This document shows, piece after piece, positions 1 to 9,318 of a stretch of 64,000 nucleotides of DNA. Source of the stretch: Phycisphaerales bacterium JB054. GTDB lineage: Bacteria; Planctomycetota; Phycisphaerae; Phycisphaerales; UBA1924. The translations under genes were made by a program, and so were the position numbers. Where the stretch lies: NCBI GenBank assembly GCA_043100935.1, contig JBICHP010000016.1, positions 25,520 to 89,519 on the forward strand, written 5' to 3'. Below the pieces are notes generated by a model that saw nothing but the letters and a program-made list of their open reading frames with translations, ran no database searches and was not told where the DNA came from. Within the stretch, counting starts at the first letter, position 1. Each line of letters opens with the position of its first letter.

Positions 1-1
1 G

Positions 2-724
2 CCGGTCGCTGTCGACACCGTCCACGCGGTCTACGTCCCGCTCGGCTCCGACCGTGTGCTCGCCTGCGGCATGCCTCTCGCCGACCTGCAAATCCACACC
101 GCACCTCCCCGACTCACACTCTCGCCCGAGACGCTCCCCGAGTTTGTCAGCACGTCGCTCGATGAACCGATCGATCCGGCACGGATCAACCTGCTCGTCG
201 GCGCGTTCGAGCCGTCGCAGATCAAGAGCCACCGCCGCAACACCACACTCATCGCCTGCGCCGCCATACTGCTCTGCGCCGTGTTGATCGCCGCCGGACT
301 CTCGCGGCGAGCATCTCGTGCGCGCGAGCACACAGCCGCGCTACAAGCAGCGACGACACGGATCTACGACGAGGTCCTGCCGCCCTCCCAGAGCCCCGTC
401 CCGGCTTCCGCGCGGCTCACCGCCGAACTGCGGTCACTCAGCCGCACCCGCGCCACGCCCGACTCCGGACCGATCGAGGTTGCGCCGCCGCTTGCCGCCA
501 TGCTGGCGTCGTGGCCGAACGACCTGCACCTGACCACCGATTCGCTCAGCGCCTCCTCTACCGCGATCACCCTCGGTGTCCGCCTGCCTGACGAGGCGAC
601 AGCCGAGCGGTTCGAGCGGGAGCTGCGAGCCCCGCCCGGTTGGTCGCTCAGCCAGCCGAACCTCGTGCGAGAACGCGACGGGATCGCCGTCCGCGTCCGC
701 ATGGAGCCGGAGGCCGGGCCATGA
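2..724 (+). CDS. Type II secretion / type IV pilus assembly membrane protein, GspL/PilN-like, C-terminal part (5' end outside the window)
   Basis: The frame is open from the window edge. It has a single TM segment (TTLIACAAILLCAVLIAAGL) followed by a periplasmic-type domain. The stop overlaps the next start (ATGA at 721-724). Family assignment is from architecture and context only. Confidence 0.45.
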   Translation, partial: PVAVDTVHAVYVPLGSDRVLACGMPLADLQIHTAPPRLTLSPETLPEFVSTSLDEPIDPARINLLVGAFEPSQIKSHRRNTTLIACAAILLCAVLIAAGLSRRASRAREHTAALQAATTRIYDEVLPPSQSPVPASARLTAELRSLSRTRATPDSGPIEVAPPLAAMLASWPNDLHLTTDSLSASSTAITLGVRLPDEATAERFERELRAPPGWSLSQPNLVRERDGIAVRVRMEPEAGP

Positions 725-1284
725 CGCCGAGGCACTCGCTCATCGTCCTCGCGCTCACCGCCGCCCTGGCATCGCTGGTGGTGACGCTGGCCGCTGCGCG
801 CACACGCACCGCCGTCGCGACCGCTCGCTCGGCCGAAGCCACGCTCGAGCAGGTCCGCACCCAGGCCGAGCGTGTGCTCGAGCTCCGCGGCCGGTCGCAG
901 ACCGTCGCTCTCGGCGCGCAGCCGCGGGGCGACGCCTTCCAGCGCGTCAGCGAGACTCTCACCGCCAGCGGACTGACCTCGACGCGCGTCGAGTCGGTCA
1001 CCCCGTCCGGCGATCGTGCCCTGTCAGGGCACGATCCCACCTCCGCACGCCGCGTCCAGACGTTCCGCGTCGTCCTCAGCCCGATCCTGCTCGACGAACT
1101 GGGCTCGTTTCTCGAACGCTGGCGGCACGAGCACCGGCTCTGGACGGTGACCGGGGTCGATCTGACTCCCGTGTCCGGCCGCAGCCCATCCGGCGGAGCG
1201 TTCCGCGCGACACTCACCGCATCGGCGGTGTACGTCGACGGGTCCGTCTCGGCCGCCAACTCAGAGAGGGAGCAAGATCCATGA
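721..1284 (+). CDS. GspM/PilO-like bitopic membrane protein (hypothetical)
   Basis: ATG at 721 overlaps the upstream stop. N-terminal TM (LIVLALTAALASLVVTLAAA) then a coiled soluble domain. The N-terminal extension in the ORF track is Arg/Pro-rich and was rejected. ATGA overlap with the next gene at 1281. Confidence 0.45.
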   Translation: MTPRHSLIVLALTAALASLVVTLAAARTRTAVATARSAEATLEQVRTQAERVLELRGRSQTVALGAQPRGDAFQRVSETLTASGLTSTRVESVTPSGDRALSGHDPTSARRVQTFRVVLSPILLDELGSFLERWRHEHRLWTVTGVDLTPVSGRSPSGGAFRATLTASAVYVDGSVSAANSEREQDP

Positions 1285-1961
1285 AGCACAACCAAACGTG
1301 GCGGTGGTGGTGGGGCATCTCGGCGTGCCTGCTGATGCTCGGCGGCCCCGGGTGCGCCTCCAGCGGGCGCAGCCCCTACACCTCCGCCGCCGACTCTCCC
1401 CGTAACCCCCTCGAGGCCCAGCGGCTCACGCAGCAGGCCGCGGCACTGCTTGAGAGCGATCCGGAACGGGCCGAAAGACTGCTCCGCGAGGCCCTCGCCG
1501 CCGACCTCTTCCACGGCCCCGCCCACAACAACCTCGGCGTCATCCATCTCTCACGCAACGAGATGTACCTCGCCGCCGAAGAGTTCGAGTGGGCACGCCG
1601 GCTCATGCCCGGCCACCCCGACCCCCGCCTCAACCTCGCGATGACTCTCGAGCGGGTGGGACGCGTCGACGACGCGATCGACGAATACCGATCTGCGCTC
1701 GAGGTCCACCCAGGGCACATCCAGACCGTGCAGGCCCTCACGCGCTGCAGACTGCGCCACGCGGGCGACCACGCCACCGATGACGCGGGGCTCCTCGCCG
1801 ACCTGCAAGACATCGCGCTCCGCGGCGACCACCCGGAATGGCGGGAATGGGCCCGGCGCCAACTCACATTGCTGCGCGCACAAGGTGAGAAACAACCCGG
1901 CCCGAGCGCCCGCCGCGAGCCGACACCCCGAGCGCCCGACACCAACCAGCAAGTGCTCTAG
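1281..1961 (+). CDS. TPR-repeat lipoprotein
   Basis: Signal peptide with lipobox (LLMLGGPGC). TPR-like repeats (AHNNLGVIHLSRNEMYLAAEEFEWARRLMP, LNLAMTLERVGRVDDAIDEYRSALEVHP). Translationally coupled to the two upstream genes. Confidence 0.6.
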   Translation: MKHNQTWRWWWGISACLLMLGGPGCASSGRSPYTSAADSPRNPLEAQRLTQQAAALLESDPERAERLLREALAADLFHGPAHNNLGVIHLSRNEMYLAAEEFEWARRLMPGHPDPRLNLAMTLERVGRVDDAIDEYRSALEVHPGHIQTVQALTRCRLRHAGDHATDDAGLLADLQDIALRGDHPEWREWARRQLTLLRAQGEKQPGPSARREPTPRAPDTNQQVL

Positions 1962-2001
1962 CATCTCCGATCCGAACAGCCCCGCAAGCCGCCCCGGCTC
2001 G

Positions 2002-3990
2002 CTAGGACCGAGCCAAAACCGTCGCCGTGAGCTCGAGCACCTCGCTGGGAAGCTGCTCGCGGTGCTCTTCCAGCCAGCGACGGTCCGCGTCTGCCCGATC
2101 ATCGCCCGGCTGCAGGTGAAGCCGGGCGGTGCGGCTGAGTGCGCCGGCGACAATCGTCCAGGGATCGTCCGCCGGGACCAGGCCCACCAGCCGGGCCGTG
2201 TTCTGATCGCCCAGTGCCGCGGCCTCCTCGAACCGCTCTGCGCGGAGCAGCCAGTACACCAGCGCCGATTCCCACAGAGCGTTCTCGACGCTGTTGCGCG
2301 TGCCGGCCTGGTCGGCGTCATGGAGGAGGTCGGACATCAGCGCGATCCGGCCCTGGACCAGTTCGGCTCCGACGCCCGGAATCGCCAGGGCACCCTTGCT
2401 GCTGAGCGATTCCAGCGAGCTGAACATCGCCAGCCACGACGTGTCGCCGTCTTTGTTCAGAAACCGGCGCGCCGTCTGGGCGAACTCACGGGTGATCTGC
2501 TGCGCCTCCTCCATCCGACGCGTCCGTTGCTCGAGCAACTGCTGCCGCTGCTGCAGTTCGAGCTGGTAACGCTGCCGTTCCATCGTGAAACGCGACTCGG
2601 CCTTCTGGGCGTCGAGACGCCACGCGGACCACATCGTCACGACTGTCGCCAGGAGCAGACCGCCCGCGGCGACCACGGCCATCGGTGACCGCCGCGTCGC
2701 CAGCGCAGCCCGCCGGGCCACCGAATCGTCGAACGGCACCACCGGCTCATAGGCCAGCCACCGCCCCAGATCCGTCGCCAGCGCATCGGCCGAGGAATGG
2801 CGATCGGCTGGATCGGGCGCAAGTGCGCGGCGGGCGATCTGGTGCAGCGTGAACTCACCCCTGCCGTAGCGGCTGCGGTCCACCTCCGGCAGCTCCGTTC
2901 GCGACGTCACGTGCTGCTGGACCTCACGCGACGTCGCCCCGTTGGGGTAGCTCCCGGTGAGCAGCCAGTAGAGCACTCCGCCGAGGGCATACACGTCCAC
3001 CGCGTTGCCGGAGCTTCCCGGCTCTCCCTGCAGCTGCTCCGGGGCGGCAAACGCCAGCGAACCACCGGACCGCAGGCTCGCCCGCGCGGCGATCTCGTCG
3101 GCCAGGCCAAAGTCGGTGATGAAGGCGGCGCCGTGCCGGTCGACGATGATGTTGTTGGGCTTGATATCTCGGTGCGCCACACCGGCGCTGTGGATCGCCT
3201 GCACACCCTCGGCGAGACGACGCACCATTGTCGCGATCTCGCGGCAGCTCGGACGCGGGCGGGTCTTGCGCCACCTGTCCAGCGACTCGCCCTCGATGAA
3301 CTCATACACCAGGAACGGCTGCTCGTAGTCGCGCTCCCAGTTCAGCAGAGACACCACCGCCGGGTGCCGCACACGCATCACCCGCGCGACCTCGTCGATC
3401 ACACGGACCGGCACCGCATCGCCGCGGCTGTGCAGAATCTTCACCGCCACCTGCAGCGGTCGGTCGCCCGTGGAGATCTGACGGTCGAACGCGCGGTACA
3501 CACTGCCCTCGCTGCCGCCGCCGACGTTCTCGACCAGCTCGTACCGCCGCTGCCCGTCCGGCAGCTCGGGCCCGAACGACACGGGCAACGCACCCAGCGA
3601 TGTGCGGGTGTTGGTCGCGACCACCGGGTTCGAGCTCGTCAGCATCGCGCGCAGCGCCATGTGCGCGCGGATCGAATCGGCAAACTCCGGAGAGTCCTCG
3701 AGCAGCGCCGCCTCGATCTCCTGCGGCGACCGGCCGCGGGCGAGCATGCCCTTCACGACAACATCGATCGCCGCGTCGAGCGCGATCGGGCGGCTCCGCA
3801 GCAGCGGGATGGCCCCGATGAGCCCGGACAGACTCATGGCGGGCACCACCGATCCCTGCTGGCCGAGATCGTGCTCGATCCGCTCGGCCAGGAGCTCGTC
3901 CTCCATGTGAGGAGAGGCCGAGGCGATTCTTGTGAGGCGATCGTCCGGGGCTTGCCTCGAGCGCGTGTCTTCCATGCGTGGGTCAGGCAT
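2002..3990 (-). CDS. Ser/Thr protein kinase with C-terminal TM and helical-repeat sensor domain
   Basis: Hanks kinase motifs: G-loop GGGSEGSVYRA, VAVKIL, HRDIKPNNIIV, DFGLA, APE. TM segment (MAVVAAGGLLLATVVTMWSAW) then a long helical domain. ATG at 3990 lies 9 nt after the sigma-factor stop. Confidence 0.9.
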   Translation of the reverse strand: MPDPRMEDTRSRQAPDDRLTRIASASPHMEDELLAERIEHDLGQQGSVVPAMSLSGLIGAIPLLRSRPIALDAAIDVVVKGMLARGRSPQEIEAALLEDSPEFADSIRAHMALRAMLTSSNPVVATNTRTSLGALPVSFGPELPDGQRRYELVENVGGGSEGSVYRAFDRQISTGDRPLQVAVKILHSRGDAVPVRVIDEVARVMRVRHPAVVSLLNWERDYEQPFLVYEFIEGESLDRWRKTRPRPSCREIATMVRRLAEGVQAIHSAGVAHRDIKPNNIIVDRHGAAFITDFGLADEIAARASLRSGGSLAFAAPEQLQGEPGSSGNAVDVYALGGVLYWLLTGSYPNGATSREVQQHVTSRTELPEVDRSRYGRGEFTLHQIARRALAPDPADRHSSADALATDLGRWLAYEPVVPFDDSVARRAALATRRSPMAVVAAGGLLLATVVTMWSAWRLDAQKAESRFTMERQRYQLELQQRQQLLEQRTRRMEEAQQITREFAQTARRFLNKDGDTSWLAMFSSLESLSSKGALAIPGVGAELVQGRIALMSDLLHDADQAGTRNSVENALWESALVYWLLRAERFEEAAALGDQNTARLVGLVPADDPWTIVAGALSRTARLHLQPGDDRADADRRWLEEHREQLPSEVLELTATVLARS

Positions 3991-3998
3991 GTGGTCCC

Positions 3999-4628
3999 CT
4001 AGTCTGCGAGTGCGTCCTGCAGTGTCTGCCGAATCCGCTGCCACCGCTTCCTCGCCATCGCGGCGTTCATGCCCAGCGACGCCCCCGCATCGGCGAGCGA
4101 CTTCCCGTGCAGCCATTGCACCAGAAGCTCTCGGTCGGCGGAGGTGGAGAGCAGGCCCAGCATGCGGTGAAGCTCTTCGGCAAACTCCTGCGGCGATCCG
4201 GAGCCGCGCTGATCGAGCCGGTCGCGCATCCCGCGGACAAACGGCGATCCCTCCGACTCGAGCGCGCGAAGCCGTGACACGATCTTCACCCGGTCGACCA
4301 GCGCGTCATTGCCGATCCGGTAGACCAACGCCCATAACTGCTGGTCGTCCTCCGCCCTGACCCGCCCGTTCTGCACGCGCTGGCACAGCCGACGCGAGAT
4401 CGTCGAGAGCAGGTCCTGCGAGTCGACCAGCCGATGCATCGACGCGCCGATCTTGCGACGAAAGTGTGAACGGATGATCGGACCGTACCGGGTCACGAAC
4501 TCTCCGACCGCTTCCGAATCACCGCCGCGAAAGCGCTTGACAAGGGAGGTCACGTCGGAGCTTTCCGGCTCCTCCGGTGTCGTTGTCTGTGCGAGTCCGG
4601 GAACTCGTTCATTGACCGAAATCTGCAC
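3999..4628 (-). CDS. ECF-type RNA polymerase sigma factor
   Basis: Region-2-like (LVKRFRGGDSEAVGEFVTRYGPIIRSHFRRK) and region-4 HTH-like (LLVQWLHGKSLADAGASLGMNAAMARKRWQRIRQTL) segments. GTG at 4628 is preceded by GGAGG (complement of 4635-4639). A longer ATG at 4709 would leave only 20 nt to the divergent gene. Confidence 0.75.
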   Translation of the reverse strand: MQISVNERVPGLAQTTTPEEPESSDVTSLVKRFRGGDSEAVGEFVTRYGPIIRSHFRRKIGASMHRLVDSQDLLSTISRRLCQRVQNGRVRAEDDQQLWALVYRIGNDALVDRVKIVSRLRALESEGSPFVRGMRDRLDQRGSGSPQEFAEELHRMLGLLSTSADRELLVQWLHGKSLADAGASLGMNAAMARKRWQRIRQTLQDALAD

Positions 4629-4729
4629 GAAAACCTCCAATCTTCTGTCACGCCAAGAACTCTTCCCCGGGCTGACTTCGGACTCGTTTGCGCTGGCAGG
4701 CGCGAACATCGAAAAGGAGGCCGAGAGTG

Positions 4730-5227
4730 ATGCACAGGGCAAAGAGTGGACGTAACGCCGCGCGGCTGGCCGCCGCGTCGGCAACCGCAATAGTACTCCA
4801 TTTCGGAGCAACCGGGTCCTGCGGAGGTATTTTCCTGCCGCCAACCGGCGAGCAGATGGCGCCAGTGCCACTCGCCGTCACGGAAAGCAGGGCGGATTGG
4901 GCAGACTGGCTGGAGTTTGTGCTCATGCTCCACCGACTCGAGATGATCCTTGCCGATCCCGCAGCCGAGCCGGACGGCGACGACGACAAGATCCAGGCAG
5001 ACGCGGTCGCCCGCGCCAAAGACCAAACCACCCGTCTCGGGCAGTCCGGTCTTCGCGCAAGCCTCTCAGCGTCACAAATCGATGGGGGTTTTTCCGCAAT
5101 CGATGAACTGCGAGACACCATCTACGACCACGCGCAGAGCTTCACAGATCCCTTCTGGAACAACTATCTCCAGACACTGAACATGCTGGAAGCAGAACTC
5201 GACGACCGAGCAGCCGGGGCTGCATGA
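4730..5227 (+). CDS. Hypothetical lipoprotein/secreted protein
   Basis: ATG at 4730 with AAGGAGG at 4714-4720. Signal-like N-terminus (AARLAAASATAIVLHFGATGSCGG). Acidic, protein-like composition. Divergent from the sigma-factor gene. Confidence 0.55.
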   Translation: MHRAKSGRNAARLAAASATAIVLHFGATGSCGGIFLPPTGEQMAPVPLAVTESRADWADWLEFVLMLHRLEMILADPAAEPDGDDDKIQADAVARAKDQTTRLGQSGLRASLSASQIDGGFSAIDELRDTIYDHAQSFTDPFWNNYLQTLNMLEAELDDRAAGAA

Positions 5228-5285
5228 GCTCTTCACGCTCCCGCCGGAGCGGGTCTCTCCTCAGGAAAGGCATCGGGTATTGACC

Positions 5286-5678
5286 ATGGCAGGACGCAAG
5301 ACACCGGTCGGTGATGGCGGCGCGACAACTGGCGGGTTCTCCGGCGATGCGGGACTGCCGAAAGGCGTCAGCGCGTCGAGACGCGCCGCCGAGCGGGTCA
5401 AGTACGAGCACGACGGGATCGTCACGCTCACCGACCCCGACGGGAGCCCCATGCGCATCCTGTTCCGCGACATCTCCGAGCTGGGGGTCGGGCTGCTCTA
5501 CAGCGGGCCGATGGAGCCGGGTGCCCGCTGCGCCGTGCAACTGAAGACCCTCAGCGGCAAGGTGGTGTCGGTCCCCGCGGTGGTCATCCGGTGCCGGTCA
5601 CAATCGGAGTTCGTCAACGAGATCGGCGTGCGGTTCGACGAACCGATCAACCTGCGCGACTTCGTCCGCATCGACTGA
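5286..5678 (+). CDS. PilZ-domain protein (putative c-di-GMP receptor)
   Basis: RxxxR motif (RRAAER) and D-x-S-x-x-G motif (DISELGVG) at the spacing typical of PilZ domains. The start could also be TTG at 5280. Confidence 0.6.
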   Translation: MAGRKTPVGDGGATTGGFSGDAGLPKGVSASRRAAERVKYEHDGIVTLTDPDGSPMRILFRDISELGVGLLYSGPMEPGARCAVQLKTLSGKVVSVPAVVIRCRSQSEFVNEIGVRFDEPINLRDFVRID

Positions 5679-5909
5679 GACTTGAAGGACGGGTCGCGGG
5701 CGCACCGCCCTCCCGCGGCCCGTTAGGGAGACAGTCTTCTCGTCGCAGTCGAAACACTCGCGGACGCCGCGACCGGCCCGGCATCGGGCGCGATCCGGGC
5801 CATCCAGCGGGAACAGGGCTTTCGCGCAGCCCGTCCCGCGGCCCCGTGTCCGAGCCGCCGCCCCCTCGCAGGCACCCTTGCAGCATCTCCCGCAATCCCG
5901 CATACTGCG

Positions 5910-7880
5910 GTGCCGGTTCGTGCCGCCGGCGGGAGAGCCGTCGTGGGTAGTCAGGACGTCAAGGCCAATCAGGGCGGCGCGCAGCACCGGGCCTTCATGG
6001 CCGCCCTGCTGCGCGATCTCGAGGCCCTCGACCGCATGATCCGCCAGGGCCGGATCGAGAGCGGGCAGCGCCGGATCGGTGCCGAGCAGGAACTGGTCCT
6101 GATCGACCGCGACCGCCGCCCCGCGCCCAAGGCCATGGAGATCCTCGCCCGGATCGCCGAGGCGTGCCCGGACGACCGCATCACCAACGAACTCGCCCGC
6201 TTCAACCTCGAAGCCAACCTCTCACCGGTCCACGTCGGTGCCGGGATGCTCGAGGAGCTCGAGTCGGGCGTCAGAGAGACCCTCGCCACCGTCCGGCGCT
6301 TCGCCGCCGAATTCGACTGCGAGCCGTTGCTCACCGGGATCCTCCCCACGCTCGAGCTCCGCGACCTCGGCGCGGCGAACATCACCCCCTTCGAACGCTA
6401 CTTCGCGCTCGATCGCCTCATCCGCGACATGCGCGGCCGCGACTTCGAGCTCTACCTCAAGGGCACCGACGAGCTGGCCATCCGCTACCCCTCGATCATG
6501 CTCGAGGCGCTCAACACGAGCTTCCAGGTCCATCTCCAGGTCTCGGCCGACGAGTTCGTGCCGATGTACAACCTCGCCCAGCTCCTCGCCGGCCCCATCC
6601 TCGCCGCGACGGTCAACAGCCCCATCCTCTTCGGCCGCCGCCTCTGGCAGGAGACCCGCATCGCCATCTTCCAGCAGGCCGTGGACACGCGTCCGGTCTC
6701 CGGGGCCCGGCGCGAGACGCTCGCCCGCGTGCGCTTCGGCGACGACTGGGTCCGCAAGTCGGCCACCGAGATCTTCCGCACCGACATCGCCCGCTTCCGC
6801 CTGATGTTCTCCCGCGACGAGCCCGACGACTCGATCGCCGCCCTCGACGCCGGGCAGATCCCCAAGCTCAGCGCACTGGCCCTGCACAACGGCACCGTCT
6901 ACCGCTGGAACCGCCCCTGCTACGGCATCACCGACGGCAAGCCCCACCTCCGCATCGAGAACCGCTACCTCCCCTCCGGGCCCACCGTCCTCGACGAGAT
7001 CGCCAACTCCGCGCTCTGGATCGGCGCCATGCTCGGCGGCGGCGAACGCCTGGGCGACTTCACCCGCGACATGGCCTTCGACCACGCCTCGACCAACTTC
7101 CTCCGGGCCGCCAGACAGGGTCTCGACACCCACATGACCTGGATCGACGGCAAGTCCTACCCCGCCGACACCATTCTCCAGCAGCACGTCATCCCCGCCG
7201 CATGGGACGGCCTCGCCGCCGCCGGCCTCCCCGAAGAGGAGATCGAACGCTACCTCGGCGTCATCGAGGCCCGGGTCGAATCAGGCAACACCGGCGCCGC
7301 CTGGCAGCTCCGCTCCTTCGACACCATGCACCAGTCGCTCCGCCGCGGCCGCGCGGTCGCCTGCCTCACCAACGCGATGGTCAAACTCGCAAAGTCTGAC
7401 GACCCCGTCCACGAATGGCCACCGGCCGACGCCGCGTCCTGCGGCCGCGACCCGATGGCCTACTCCCGTGTCGGGCAGATCATGTCCACCAACCTCTTCA
7501 CCGTGGGCGAGGACGAGCTGGTCGCACTCGTCGCCCGCATCATGGACTGGGAGCACATCCGCCACATCCTCGTCGAGGACAACGATCACCGCCTCGTGGG
7601 CATCATCTCCTGGAGGCGTGTGCTCCGGTTCCTCGCCGACGGCTCGCACGACGCCTCGCAGGCCGCGGCATCAGAGGTCATGGTCACCGACCCCGTCACC
7701 GCCACGCCGGACACCGGGACGCTCGAAGCCGTCGCCATGATGCGCGCGCACAGCCTCTCCGCCCTGCCCATCGTCGAAGACGGGCGGCTCGTCGGCATCG
7801 TCACCGAGAGCGACTTCACCCGCATCGCCAGCGAACTGCTGGAGGAGCAGCTCCGCACCGGCAACGATCGGCAAGCATGA
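5910..7880 (+). CDS. Carboxylate-amine ligase (glutamate-cysteine ligase family 2-like) fused to a C-terminal CBS pair
   Basis: GCS2/YbdK-like N-terminal signature (IGAEQELVLID) and about 480 aa of ligase-like sequence. Two CBS modules follow (MSTNLFTVGEDELV...HILVEDNDHRLVGIIS and VMVTDPVTATPD...LPIVEDGRLVGIVTESD). Start uncertain (GTG 5910, GTG 5943 or ATG 5997). Confidence 0.7.
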   Translation: MPVRAAGGRAVVGSQDVKANQGGAQHRAFMAALLRDLEALDRMIRQGRIESGQRRIGAEQELVLIDRDRRPAPKAMEILARIAEACPDDRITNELARFNLEANLSPVHVGAGMLEELESGVRETLATVRRFAAEFDCEPLLTGILPTLELRDLGAANITPFERYFALDRLIRDMRGRDFELYLKGTDELAIRYPSIMLEALNTSFQVHLQVSADEFVPMYNLAQLLAGPILAATVNSPILFGRRLWQETRIAIFQQAVDTRPVSGARRETLARVRFGDDWVRKSATEIFRTDIARFRLMFSRDEPDDSIAALDAGQIPKLSALALHNGTVYRWNRPCYGITDGKPHLRIENRYLPSGPTVLDEIANSALWIGAMLGGGERLGDFTRDMAFDHASTNFLRAARQGLDTHMTWIDGKSYPADTILQQHVIPAAWDGLAAAGLPEEEIERYLGVIEARVESGNTGAAWQLRSFDTMHQSLRRGRAVACLTNAMVKLAKSDDPVHEWPPADAASCGRDPMAYSRVGQIMSTNLFTVGEDELVALVARIMDWEHIRHILVEDNDHRLVGIISWRRVLRFLADGSHDASQAAASEVMVTDPVTATPDTGTLEAVAMMRAHSLSALPIVEDGRLVGIVTESDFTRIASELLEEQLRTGNDRQA

Positions 7881-9181
7881 CCGAACACCCTCCCGCCCCC
7901 CGCGGCCCGCTGACCCGCACCATTGCCGATCTCCGCGGGAGCGACGGGCCCACACTCATCTGCACCGGCGGCGTCCACGGCAACGAGCCGGCCGGCATCC
8001 ACGCCGCCCGCGAGGTCGCCCGCAAGCTCCACGCCCTCGGATCCTCCGGCACCGCCCCCGCGTGGCGAGGCCGCTTCGTCGCGATGGTCGGCAACGTCGC
8101 CGCCTGCAACGCCGCGGACCCGACCCTGCGCTACATCGAGCGCGATCTCAACCGCCTGGTCACACCCGAAGAGATCCGCCGCGCGCGCGCACTCCCGCCC
8201 TCCGAACGCCACGCCGAGCAGCAGGAACTCCTCGAACTCATCGACGCCATCGACGAGACCATCGCCGACTCACCCCACGCCACCACGCTGCTCGACCTGC
8301 ACACGGTCAGCTCACCGAGCCCCGCCTTCGCCTACGCCGAGGACTCACTCCCCGCCCGCCAACTCGGCCGCTCGCTCGGGCTCCCGCTCGTGCTGGGTTT
8401 CGAGGAAGAACTCAGCGGCCTGCTCGCCGACTACACCACCAGCGAACTCGGCGTGCTCTCACTCGTTGTCGAGGCCGGCACGCACACCGACCCCGCATCC
8501 GTCTCCGTCCACGAGGCCGCGATCTGGACCGTTCTCGAAGCCCAGGGCATGATCGACAGCGCCAACGACGCGGCCCGGTTCGACGTGGCACAGCGTCTCC
8601 GCACCGCCGCCGGCCGCCGGGCCGGGCGCGTCTTCGACATCCGCCAGCGCGTCCCCGTCGGCTCGCCCCCGCTCGAGATGCTCGACTCGGCGCAGGCGTT
8701 CACCCGGGTGTGGAAAGGCCTGACCCGCGTCGCCACCCGCCACCGGCCCGACCGCACCGAGACACTCCGCGCCCCCGCCGACGGGTTGCTCTTCATGCCC
8801 AACCGGCAGCCCCGCAAACGCCCGGAGGACGACGCATTCTTCGTCCTGCGGCCAGTCTGGGGGCGGCTTATGTGGGTCTCCGCCCGGCTCCGCGCCATGC
8901 CCATGGCCCACCGGCTCCTCGCGGCTCTGCCCGGTGTGCGCCGAGCCGACGAGCACTCGCTCCACATCGATCCGTCGATCGCCGCGGTCATGGCCAGAGA
9001 TGTCCTCCACCTGTTCGGCTACCGCGTCCTCCAAGGCACCCCCGCGCCATACCACCGGCCCTGGACCCGCGTCGCGATGGCCTGCATCGCCCTCCCCCGC
9101 GCCCTGGTCCGGAGCCTCGGTGGCAAACGAGCAGATCCCGCAGAGGTCTGGGTCGTCCGCCGCCACCGCCTCGACCTCTAA
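7877..9181 (+). CDS. Succinylglutamate desuccinylase/aspartoacylase-family zinc hydrolase (M14-like)
   Basis: GGVHGNEPAG zinc-binding signature near the N-terminus. ATGA overlap with the upstream ligase gene (7877-7880). The N-terminal extension in the ORF track is rejected as Arg/Pro-rich. Confidence 0.7.
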   Translation: MTEHPPAPRGPLTRTIADLRGSDGPTLICTGGVHGNEPAGIHAAREVARKLHALGSSGTAPAWRGRFVAMVGNVAACNAADPTLRYIERDLNRLVTPEEIRRARALPPSERHAEQQELLELIDAIDETIADSPHATTLLDLHTVSSPSPAFAYAEDSLPARQLGRSLGLPLVLGFEEELSGLLADYTTSELGVLSLVVEAGTHTDPASVSVHEAAIWTVLEAQGMIDSANDAARFDVAQRLRTAAGRRAGRVFDIRQRVPVGSPPLEMLDSAQAFTRVWKGLTRVATRHRPDRTETLRAPADGLLFMPNRQPRKRPEDDAFFVLRPVWGRLMWVSARLRAMPMAHRLLAALPGVRRADEHSLHIDPSIAAVMARDVLHLFGYRVLQGTPAPYHRPWTRVAMACIALPRALVRSLGGKRADPAEVWVVRRHRLDL

Positions 9182-9318
9182 CCACGCACCCGCAGCACCC
9201 GCTCCGGCCGGGCAGCCGGGCATCGTCGCCGGGGGTTCGCACGGGTCTGGCCGCCGTCCGGCTCAGAGCAGCGCCCGTCCACTATGCTGCCCCGGTCAAG
9301 ACCCCCTGGGAGCACGCC

